From: Candidatus Eiseniibacteriota bacterium
Lineage (GTDB): Bacteria; Eisenbacteria; RBG-16-71-46; SZUA-252
Direction: 5' to 3'
DNA: 64,000 bases
Assembly (NCBI GenBank): GCA_963703225.1
Contig: OY969801.1
Location: 352,001-416,000, forward strand
Below are positions 55,630 to 64,000 of the stretch, in pieces. How positions within the stretch are numbered: the first letter of the stretch is position 1; every line of letters starts with the position of its first letter. Under the pieces are notes generated by a model. It did not search any database, was not told the origin of the DNA, and worked only from the letters and a program-made list of their open reading frames with translations. The position numbers and the translations under genes are program-made.

Positions 55630-56397
55630 GTGATCCGGATGTGGGGTAGAGTGCTCGCCGTCGCGGGCCTGCTCGGGGCCGCGGGATGCCATGACAACAA
55701 CACGATCGTCGCGCCTGATCCGCCGCCATTCACGGTGGAGGGCGTCCGGAGCGTCACGGGTGACGGGCTGGTCACCGTTTCCTGGCGCGGCAATCAGGAG
55801 ACCGACATTGACTACTACAAGGTCTATCGCAATTTCGCGCCGACCGGCACGTTCACGCTGATCGGGACGACAGCCGATATTCGCTACGAGGACCGGAACG
55901 TGGCCAACGGGACCACCTATTTCTACGCGGTGGCCGCGGTCGATCGGGCAGGCCAGGAGAGCCCGGACCTGAGCTATGAGAACGTATTCGACACACCTCG
56001 TCCCGAGGGCGTCGACGTCACGCTCTCGAACGCCGACGTCAATGACGTCGTCAGCGGATGGGATTTCTCAGCCTACACTCGCCGAGCCTCGGCCGACCCC
56101 AACACGGACATCTTCTATGCCGCGTCGGGCGGGCACTTCCTCGTCTACACGCCGGTCGACACGCGCATCCAGGACGCCGGATTCGTCGCCCTCCGGGACG
56201 TCGACTACGCTCCACCCTCCGGTTGGTCCGCCGACGGCGTGGTGGAGGCGATTCCGGGACACAGCTACATCGTGCTGACGCGAGACAATCACTACGCCAA
56301 ATTCGAGGTGGTCGCTCGAGACGACGCCGGCATGAACATGGACTGGGCCTATCAGATCGACGTCGACAATCCCGAGCTCGCGAGGCCGCTCCCATGA
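55630..56397 (+). CDS. FN3-domain lipoprotein
   Basis: RBS AAGGAGGTG; lipobox AAGC; FN3-like VSW..YYKVYR..TYFYAVAAVD. Confidence 0.8.
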   Translation: MIRMWGRVLAVAGLLGAAGCHDNNTIVAPDPPPFTVEGVRSVTGDGLVTVSWRGNQETDIDYYKVYRNFAPTGTFTLIGTTADIRYEDRNVANGTTYFYAVAAVDRAGQESPDLSYENVFDTPRPEGVDVTLSNADVNDVVSGWDFSAYTRRASADPNTDIFYAASGGHFLVYTPVDTRIQDAGFVALRDVDYAPPSGWSADGVVEAIPGHSYIVLTRDNHYAKFEVVARDDAGMNMDWAYQIDVDNPELARPLP

Positions 56398-57704
56398 AGC
56401 GGTTCCCGCCCACCGCCCTGGCGCCGCTCGCGCTGGCCCTCCTGATCATTGGGGGGCCGGCGCGCGCCGTGACCCAGGTGCCAGCGGGAGGAGCGCCTTC
56501 CGGGGAGAAGCTCACGGTCGATGTCTGGATCAACAAGGAAGAGGGCGGCGTCTACCGACCCGGGGAAAGCATGCGTGTCTTTTTCCGGACCAGCGCGGAC
56601 GCCTATGTGCTCGTCTACAACATCGACACGGACGGATACATCCACCTGGTCTATCCGTACGGACCGGCCGATCAAGTTCGCGTCGAGGGGGGCCGCACCT
56701 ACATCATTCCGGCGCGGCACGATCCCTACGAGCTGGTCGCCGATGGGCCTTCGGGCATGGAGTTCGTGGTCGCCGTGGCCAGCCGCCTCCCGTTCCACGA
56801 TCTCCCGTGGTATCTGACGAGCGGCGCGCCCGAAGGAGAGGGAGATCACGGCGGGGGCGCCGACGACGAATTGGATTCAGGCGTCATCGTCGGAGATCCC
56901 TACGTGGGGATGGAGCGCCTCAACAAGCGGATCATTCCGCCCGGCGGCGAATCCGAGGCGGACGTCGGCGATATCTACTTCTACATCGACAAGCGGGTCG
57001 AGTATCCACGCTATGTTTGCGCCGACTGCCACTACTCTTCGTTCGGGTTCGATCCCTATCTCAGCGTCTGCCCGGTAGTCGACATCCGGATCGACGCGAC
57101 ATGGGTGCGCTACGCGCCGGTCCGCGTCGGAGTGGCGCGACCGCGCTACTACTATTGGGTGCGGTCGGGAGCGCCCGACCGCTACCGCGCCTGGAAGGAG
57201 CGCTGGTCCTCCATCGACGGAGGGACGACGCTGCGGTCCCGGTTCGTCGTCGAGCCGAACAGTCGCTCCATCAAGACACGCGATCTCAAGGCGCGGCGCG
57301 AGCCGCCGGAGTTCAAGGACCTGAGACGAACCCGCCCCGGCCGGCTCTGGCAGGGACGCGATGAGGTGCTTCGTCTCTGGGAGCAGCAAAAGGGCGACGT
57401 GCGCGACAAGCCGTCCGCCTCCCAGGGAGCCCGATCGGGGAAGGACCGACCGCGAGCCGAACAGCCCGCGCCGGACCAGGGGAAGTCGGTTGAGGGGAAG
57501 AAGAATCAGGACCAGGGTGGCGAGCGCGAACGCGGCAAGGTCCGCGACGACGGGGGAAAGGGTCAGAACCGCGACAAGGGTCAAGAACGCGACAAAGGCC
57601 AGGATCGCGACAAAGGCCAGGATCGCGACAAGGGCCAAAACCGGAGCCACGACCCGGCCCCTCCGCCCAAGTCCGACGCCGAGCACAGGGAGCGCACGCG
57701 CTAG
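56394..57704 (+). CDS. Secreted DUF4384-domain protein with charged repeat tail
   Basis: Signal peptide; YRPGESMRVFF..AYVLVYNIDTDGYIHLVYP; CADCH; KGQ(N/E/D)RD repeats. Confidence 0.8.
   Translation: MKRFPPTALAPLALALLIIGGPARAVTQVPAGGAPSGEKLTVDVWINKEEGGVYRPGESMRVFFRTSADAYVLVYNIDTDGYIHLVYPYGPADQVRVEGGRTYIIPARHDPYELVADGPSGMEFVVAVASRLPFHDLPWYLTSGAPEGEGDHGGGADDELDSGVIVGDPYVGMERLNKRIIPPGGESEADVGDIYFYIDKRVEYPRYVCADCHYSSFGFDPYLSVCPVVDIRIDATWVRYAPVRVGVARPRYYYWVRSGAPDRYRAWKERWSSIDGGTTLRSRFVVEPNSRSIKTRDLKARREPPEFKDLRRTRPGRLWQGRDEVLRLWEQQKGDVRDKPSASQGARSGKDRPRAEQPAPDQGKSVEGKKNQDQGGERERGKVRDDGGKGQNRDKGQERDKGQDRDKGQDRDKGQNRSHDPAPPPKSDAEHRERTR
57558..57647 (+). repeat. Five in-frame 18-bp tandem repeats (KGQxRD)
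   Basis: aagggtcagaaccgcgac-type units. Confidence 0.85.
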
Positions 57705-57766
57705 ATAAGACAGATACCGAGGGGCGCAGGTTGACCGCCCCTCGCCGGGACCGGTAAACTCTTCCA

Positions 57767-60700
57767 GTGCGATCCGTCCCGCCCGGCCGGAGTCTGCTCC
57801 TCCCGGCTTTCCTTTTTCTAATCCTCTTCCTTCTCCTCATCGGGACATCCGCTTTGGGGTCCCCGCCTGTCCCCGGGAAGAAGGGCCCGCAGGCGCCCCG
57901 CTACGAGCACGCGGCGACGGCAACCGCGACACAGCCCCCTCCCATCTTCCGCCCCCAGGGGGCGGGCCGCGCCCCGCTCCTCGGCGCCCAGACCTATACG
58001 GTCCTGGCCGTCCGCGTGGCGTTCAGCGATACGCCGATCGACTCCTCGACGGCGTATTACGACCGGCTGCTCCTCTTTCTGAGCCAATACTGGGATCAGG
58101 CTTCGGACGGGCAAGTCACGCTCAACACCACCCTCTGGGATTCGGTATTCACGCTTCCCCGACCGATGGCCTATTACGGCGACGATGATCACTTCCAAGA
58201 GCGCCTGGTCTTCATGGTTCGGGACCTGGTTGCCCTGGCCGATACGACCGTCAACTTCAGCCAGTACCAGAGCCTCTACATCTTCCACGCGGGGGCGGGG
58301 CAGGAAGCGGACGTCTTCGACAACAGCAGGGAGCAGATCTGGTCGGCGTTCGTCACGCCGGATGACTTCGCGCAGGTCTTGCCCGATTCGGCCGGCGCCG
58401 TGGGCATCAAGACCAACGATCAGACGAGCCCCGGCGTCTTCTATCGTGTCTCGCAAGCGGTCGAGGCGCCGGAGCTGGAGAGCCAGGATGGGTACGAATT
58501 CGGGCTCACCGGAGTCACCTGCCATGAGTTCGGCCACCAGCTGGGGCGGCTGCGAGGACAGCCCTCGATGCCCGATCTCTACGACACGACGCCGGACGAT
58601 GGCGGCTTCAATCAGGGGCTTGGATCGTGGGACATCATGGCCGGCGGGGTCTGGAACGCGAATGGATTCGTTCCCGCGGGCATCAGCGCGTGGACGCGCT
58701 ACTGGATGGGCTTCATCGCCCCGGCTCAGGTGATCGCCACGGGCCCGCAGACGGTCTCCGAGCTGGAGCGTCAGGTGACCGCCGATCCGCGGATTCTCCA
58801 GATTCCCATCACGCAGTCGGAATACTTTCTCATCGAGAATCGGCAGCGCGACCTGGACCGAAACGGGAAGTTCACGTTCGACGACACGAACGGCGACGGC
58901 TGCTTTGACTTCTACACCGACAGCTACGCCGGCGCGGAGTTCGACTTCTTTCTGCCCGCGATCCTGACACCGCCGGGAGCGGGGTGCGACGCGGGCAGCT
59001 ACGTCAGCGGATCGGGCATCGTGATCTACCACGTCGACGACGCCAAGATCCAGGCGGGCCTCTCCAACAACGTCGTGGAAGGGGACACGCAGCGAAAGGG
59101 GATCGACGTTGTCGAGGCGGACGGGATCGAGGACCTCGACGGGCCGCCGTCGAGCGCCGCCGGCGGGAGTCCCTATGACGTCTATCGAGCGCGGATACAA
59201 GGACCAGTTCACACCAAACACGGTCCCCTCGACCGCCGCTTATGGAAACGTCAGGACTGGAATTTCGGTGACCCACATCAGCGCGGCCGACAGCGTGATG
59301 ACGATGGACGTCACGATCGATCGGACCCGTCCGGGGTGGCCCAAGGTGCTGACGGGCCGGATTCGGAACGCGCCCAGCGTCGCCGCCGACCTGGACGGGA
59401 ACGGCTCGCTGGAGCTGATCGTGCCGGTGCAGAGGCTCAACAACACCGGGGCGATCTACGTCTTCGAGCCCGATGGGACCGACTTTCTGGACGGCGATGC
59501 GATCCCGACTCCGTTCGCCGTGACCACGTCCGCGCCCACGTCCAGCCCGTGCGTCGGCGACATCGACGGCGTGCCGGGGCCCGAGATCGTGTTCCAGACG
59601 TTGAACGGCGCGATCTACGCGTACCACACGAACGCCACCGAGGTGCTCGATGGGGATGGCAACCCCCTCACGGACGGCGTGCTGGTGGGACAGACCGTCT
59701 TCGGTGGGGACCGCGCCCAGCCGATCCTCGTCGATTTGGACGGCGACGGCGCCCTCGACATCGTCACTGGGTCGAACGCCACCGGGGCGCAGCTCGGCGC
59801 CTCGACGCTTCGCGTCGTCAGCATTTCGGGCGGCGCGCGCCGCCTCTTCAGCCTGCCCATGGCCGGGTCGACCGAGGGCCCGCCGGCCGCGGCCGATTTG
59901 GACGGCGACGGTCTGCCCGAAGTGATCATCCCGAACGTGATCACGATTGAAGAGGACAACGCCGCCAACGGGCTCTCCATCGCGAATTGGGACATCTTGA
60001 ACGACGGCACGCTGATCAAGACCCCCAATATCTTCATGGCCCTGCCGGGCGGACCTTTCTCGGCCCCGGTCATGGCGGACGTCGATCGAGACGGGCATTT
60101 CGACGTCATGGTCGCGGATGTCTCGGGCGCGTTCCACGCGTTCCAGCTCCGCCTCTCCCCGCGCCCCGTCGGCGAGCCCCCGAATCTCTACGTCCAAGTT
60201 TCCGAGGTCGCCGGGTGGCCCGCGTCTCCGGGAGGGCCGGGGCGGATTTCCGAGGTCTCGCTGGGAGATCTCGAGCAGGACGGCTATCCCGAGCTGCTCC
60301 ACACCGGGAACGACGTGAAGGTCGCGGCGCTTCACTACAACGGCGCGCCGCGGTCCGGGTACCCGATCAAGGCCGCGGCGGCCTACGCCGACGCCGATAC
60401 GGCGGGATTCTGGCCCCCCCTCGTCGCCGACGTCGACGGCGACGGCGTCCGCGACGTCATCGCGATCCTCCCCGATGGTCGCCGGCCGGCCTTCCGCGCC
60501 GATGGCGCCCCCATCAAGGATTTCGTCGAGTTGGGCAGCACCGGTGCCAACGCGCCCCCGATGCTCCTCGACCTCGACAACAATGGGACCGCCGAGTGGG
60601 TCGAGACGTTCGATACGTCGCCCACGCAGGCCTCGATCACGGTCCGGGACACCCCCATCCCCGTGGCGGCGGGGACGGTCGCCTGGGGCCAATACCGAAA

Positions 60701-61049
60701 TACCGCGACCCGGAACGCGGTCCTGGCGACAGGGCCCGCGGGGACCGCCGGGGGGACCCAAAACCTGTCCGCGGTGTATGGTTATCCAAACCCCTCTCGA
60801 ACGGGGACCACGACCATCCACTACCGGCTCGTCGAGGCGGCGACGTCGGTTTCGATCCGCATCCTCGATCCCACCGGGACCACGGTCGCCGATCTGCCGC
60901 CCGGCGCGGGCGGCCTGGCCGGCGCCGCCGAGCATGCCGTCCCCTGGGACAACCGGTCCGTCGCGAGCGGGGTCTATCTCTGCCGCGTCGAAGTCCGGTC
61001 GAGCCGGGGTACCGAAGTTCAGTTCGCGAGACTGGCCGTGGTCCGATGA
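57767..61049 (+). CDS. M6 (immune inhibitor A) metalloprotease with FG-GAP repeats and T9SS-like CTD; frameshift near 59187
   Basis: IFHAGAGQE, HEFGH..PDLY, WDIMAGG, EYFLIENR; ADLDGNG/GDIDG repeats; YPNP..SGVYLCR. Confidence 0.88.
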
Positions 61050-61069
61050 GCGGCCCTAAGGAGAATTCA

Positions 61070-61987
61070 ATGCGCCACGCCGTCGTGCTCCCCGCGAGTC
61101 GCCTCGCCTTGCTCTTGCTCCTTCTCGCGCCCGGCGCCGCCTTCGCCGACCCGGGCGAGACCGGCTTCGCGTTCCTCAAGCTCGGGGTGGGTGCGCGCCC
61201 GATGGGCATGGGAAGCGCCTATGTGGCCATCGCCGACGATCCCACGGCGGTCTACTGGAATCCGGCGGGGCTGGCCACCATCACCAAGACGCAGGTCACG
61301 GCGATGCACAACGAGTGGATCCAGGATTTCCGCCAGGAATTCGTCGCGGTGGGCACCCGGTGCGGCCCCGGCAGCCTGGGGATTGGGTTTTCGGGGTTCT
61401 ACGCGGACGAGTTCGAACGGCGCGACGACACCGGCGTGCTCATCGGCCACTTCGGATTCAACGACATCGCGCTGACGGGAGCCTACGGGATGGCCGTTGC
61501 CCCGGGGCTGGACGCGGGTCTCGCGCTTCGCTACGTACGGGAAATGATCGATCAATACGACGCCACCGCGTTCCTGGCCGACGCCGGGGCGCAGTACCGC
61601 CTCCGCGATACCGGCGTGAGCTTTGGCGCCGCGGTGCAGAACCTGGGCGGCGATTCGAAGTTCATCTCCGAGTCATTCCCGACTCCGCTCACCTGGCGCG
61701 TCGGCGCGGCCGGAAGCCGCCAGCTGGCCAAGCTTCAGGGACGGGGGACCTTGACCGCCGAAGTCCGCCAGGCGAAGGCCGACGACATGCACTTCCACGT
61801 TGGCGCGGAGTATTCGTACAAGGAGCACGTCGCGCTTCGGGTGGGCGGGAAGTTCGGCTACGACGACGAGAGCGTGAGCTTTGGGCTCGGCCTTGCGAAG
61901 GACTGGTTCCACTTCGACTACGCGCTGGTTCCGCTCACGTCCGATCTCGGAACCACCCACTTCTTCTCGGTCACTGGCGTTTTTTAG
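61070..61987 (+). CDS. PorV/PorQ (UPF0164) family outer-membrane protein
   Basis: FLKLGVGARPMGMGSAY..VYWNPAGL; C-terminal Phe; RBS TAAGGAG. Confidence 0.88.
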   Translation: MRHAVVLPASRLALLLLLLAPGAAFADPGETGFAFLKLGVGARPMGMGSAYVAIADDPTAVYWNPAGLATITKTQVTAMHNEWIQDFRQEFVAVGTRCGPGSLGIGFSGFYADEFERRDDTGVLIGHFGFNDIALTGAYGMAVAPGLDAGLALRYVREMIDQYDATAFLADAGAQYRLRDTGVSFGAAVQNLGGDSKFISESFPTPLTWRVGAAGSRQLAKLQGRGTLTAEVRQAKADDMHFHVGAEYSYKEHVALRVGGKFGYDDESVSFGLGLAKDWFHFDYALVPLTSDLGTTHFFSVTGVF

Positions 61988-62724
61988 TCCGCGGCGTCAT
62001 ACTCGTGTAGCGAGAAGCGCCCCTCCGAGAGCCGCGCGTAGGTCCTTCGCTCCATCCAATTACCCAAGATCAAGAACTCCCCGTCCGGTCCCTTGTAGTG
62101 AAGCGGCAGATGGAAATGGCCCATCACGACCGCGTCGTGCCCCTGTCTCAGCCAAGGGGTGGCCAGCTTCTCGACCAGCGCCGCCTCCGTTCGCTCGGGG
62201 CGCGGCGTGTGGTGCCGGCTCGTGTGGGAGACGGCCCGGGCGAGCGGGATTCCGAGGTCCGGATGGATCCATCGAAAGAGGCCCCGGGCGACGGGATTGC
62301 GGAGCGCCTTTCTCAAGATCTTGTAGCCGTGGTCGCCGGGGCCGAGGCCGTCCCCGTGCGCGAGGAAGATATTCCTCCCCTGGATGGAGAGTGTGAGCAC
62401 CCGGTCCGTGAAGGCGACGTCCAGCTCGCGAGTGAGGTAATTCCCGATCCAGAAGTCGTGATTTCCGCCGACATATGTGACGGGGAGCCCCCGCCGTCGG
62501 AGCTCCCCCAGCCCCTGGAGCACCCGCACAAAGCGCTTCGGAATGGCGTGGCCGTACTCGAACCAAAAGTCGAACAGGTCGCCGTCCACGTAGAGCGCCG
62601 CCCGCTCTGAGCCGACGCGGTCGAAGAACGCCAGCAGATCGCGCTCTCGCGCTCGATTGGATTCGGCGGTTCCTTGGCCGAGGTGGGCGTCGGCGATGAA
62701 ATAGGCGCACCCGGGTTCGGGCAT
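61984..62724 (-). CDS. lpxH: UDP-2,3-diacylglucosamine diphosphatase
   Basis: ADAHLG, GDLFDFW, GNHD, HGD, GHFH, LGNW. Confidence 0.9.
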   Translation of the reverse strand: MPEPGCAYFIADAHLGQGTAESNRARERDLLAFFDRVGSERAALYVDGDLFDFWFEYGHAIPKRFVRVLQGLGELRRRGLPVTYVGGNHDFWIGNYLTRELDVAFTDRVLTLSIQGRNIFLAHGDGLGPGDHGYKILRKALRNPVARGLFRWIHPDLGIPLARAVSHTSRHHTPRPERTEAALVEKLATPWLRQGHDAVVMGHFHLPLHYKGPDGEFLILGNWMERRTYARLSEGRFSLHEYDAAD

Positions 62725-62839
62725 GGAGCGTCAGTATAGATGCGGTTCCCACGTCCGCAAGATTGACGCCGCCGCCTGCTCAGGCCGGCCCGCGCGGGGG
62801 CATGCGGAACTGCACCGCGCTCGGTCGGGTAATACCCGC

Positions 62840-62869
62840 TTGACAGGCCCGTCGGGCGGTTCCTAGAGT
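62840..62869 (+). promoter_or_regulatory. sigma70-type promoter
   Basis: TTGACA-N18-TAGAGT. Confidence 0.6.
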
Positions 62870-62901
62870 GAAGCCAACAAGTGGCTGTCCGACGGGGGTT
62901 T

Positions 62902-63273
62902 ATGGCTGGCGACAACGGGTTCTGGTCGAGGGTGGCGGAGGAGGTCCGGACGGTCTCCGACCGCGCTCGTGGGAGCGCGCGCCGCGCGGTCCAAATGGGT
63001 GTCCTTCGCGTCGACCTGGTCTCTCTCCGCCGCGATCGTTCACGCGCCTTGGCCGACCTTGGCGAGCGCGCGCTGACGCACTGGGTCTGCGGAGCGCCGG
63101 AGGCGATCGCTGCCGATCCCGAGGCGCTCCGGCTCCGGGAGCGGATCACCTCCGTCGATAGGGATATCGAGACCAAGCGGGCCGAGATCGATCGGCTGCG
63201 CGAGGCGGGGCGAGTGGAATCGCGCGCCCCGGATCCCCCCACGTCGGTCGTAAACGAATCAATCGTCCCGTAG
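62902..63273 (+). CDS. Small coiled-coil hypothetical protein
   Basis: Open frame between the promoter and degP; heptad-like sequence. Confidence 0.65.
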   Translation: MAGDNGFWSRVAEEVRTVSDRARGSARRAVQMGVLRVDLVSLRRDRSRALADLGERALTHWVCGAPEAIAADPEALRLRERITSVDRDIETKRAEIDRLREAGRVESRAPDPPTSVVNESIVP

Positions 63274-63310
63274 CGACGGGGCACCACTCATAGTCGGAAC
63301 GGAGGGAAAC

Positions 63311-64000
63311 ATGGAAACGAGGCAAACCATCCGGGCGGCCAAGACCCTGCTCGTTGCGGGCGGGCTCTTGGTCGTCGGCATCGTCGTCGGTTTCATTCTC
63401 GCGGGCGAGTGGAACCTCTCGCCGCAATCCATCGCCAAGGAGAACCCGACGCCGGTGGTCTCGGCGCTGGAGAGTCCCTTTACCCAGATTGCCGATCGGA
63501 CATTGCCCGCGGTGGTGAGCATCGAGAGCAAGCGGAAGATCGACGCAGGCTCCGGGCAGTCGTTCGAAGGGCCCTACGGAGACTTCTTCCGCCGCCTCTT
63601 CCCGGACCAACCCCAGGGGCAAGGCCAGCCACATCCGCAGATGAAGATCCCGAGCAGCGGCTCGGGCTTCATCATCGACAGCGGCGGACACATCCTCACG
63701 AACAATCACGTCGTGCGGGACGCCTCCGACATCACCGTCACCCTGAGCGACCATCGGAAGTTCAAGGCGAAGGTGGTGGGGGCCGACCCGAGCACCGACG
63801 TCGCGATCATTCTGATCGAGGGAGCCGGACCGCTTCCCGTGGTGCCGCTGGGCGACTCCGATGAGATCCGGATTGGCGACTGGGCCATCGCGATCGGAAA
63901 CGCCCTGGGCGAGCTGGACGGCACGCTCACCGTGGGCGTGGTGAGCGCCAAAGGGAGGAGCAATCTATCGATCGTGGGCGGCTCGCCCGCCTATCAGTAC
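63311..64000 (+). CDS. degP: HtrA/DegP serine protease (3'-truncated by the window)
   Basis: RBS GGAGG; TM anchor; GSGFII, LTNNHVV, DPSTDVA, WAIAIGN. Confidence 0.93.
   Translation, partial: METRQTIRAAKTLLVAGGLLVVGIVVGFILAGEWNLSPQSIAKENPTPVVSALESPFTQIADRTLPAVVSIESKRKIDAGSGQSFEGPYGDFFRRLFPDQPQGQGQPHPQMKIPSSGSGFIIDSGGHILTNNHVVRDASDITVTLSDHRKFKAKVVGADPSTDVAIILIEGAGPLPVVPLGDSDEIRIGDWAIAIGNALGELDGTLTVGVVSAKGRSNLSIVGGSPAYQY

Noticed and set aside
57010..57035. CADCH as a c-type heme site in the DUF4384 protein
   Set aside because: A single CxxCH with no cytochrome context; cannot be supported.

Overview
High-GC bacterial chromosomal window. Five secreted proteins with FlgD/T9SS-type C-terminal Ig domains plus a PorV-family gene suggest an FCB-adjacent lineage such as Ca. 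Eisenbacteria (inference only). About ten genes carry single-base frameshifts that look like long-read indel errors. In order, the window holds: two tandem matrixin-like metalloproteases with a stand-alone pro-domain-like gene; a secreted repeat protein; a very divergent PEPCK-like gene and nadE; a LOG-luxE-luxC operon; a cupredoxin; a suf operon headed by a Cys4 MerR regulator; an acyl-CoA synthetase and PAP2 gene; GH1 and DUF72; an oxidoreductase; a cohesin/dockerin protein; an M1 aminopeptidase; tRNA-fMet; a Ser/Thr kinase-TPR; ftsB-eno; an ECF sigma/anti-sigma operon; an NtrYX-like operon; rlmN; ppx; and lipoprotein/DUF4384/M6 protease/PorV, lpxH and a truncated degP. The strongest candidate for a new system is 51148-55240. 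There a sigma70 promoter and structured leader precede a ~100-aa secreted protein and a TPR-GAF-sigma54 activator. These are followed by palindromic sites, a sigma54 promoter and a ~135-nt hairpin RNA ending in a U-tract, resembling a peptide-sensing, sRNA-output circuit. No CRISPR array, rRNA or mobile element was seen.
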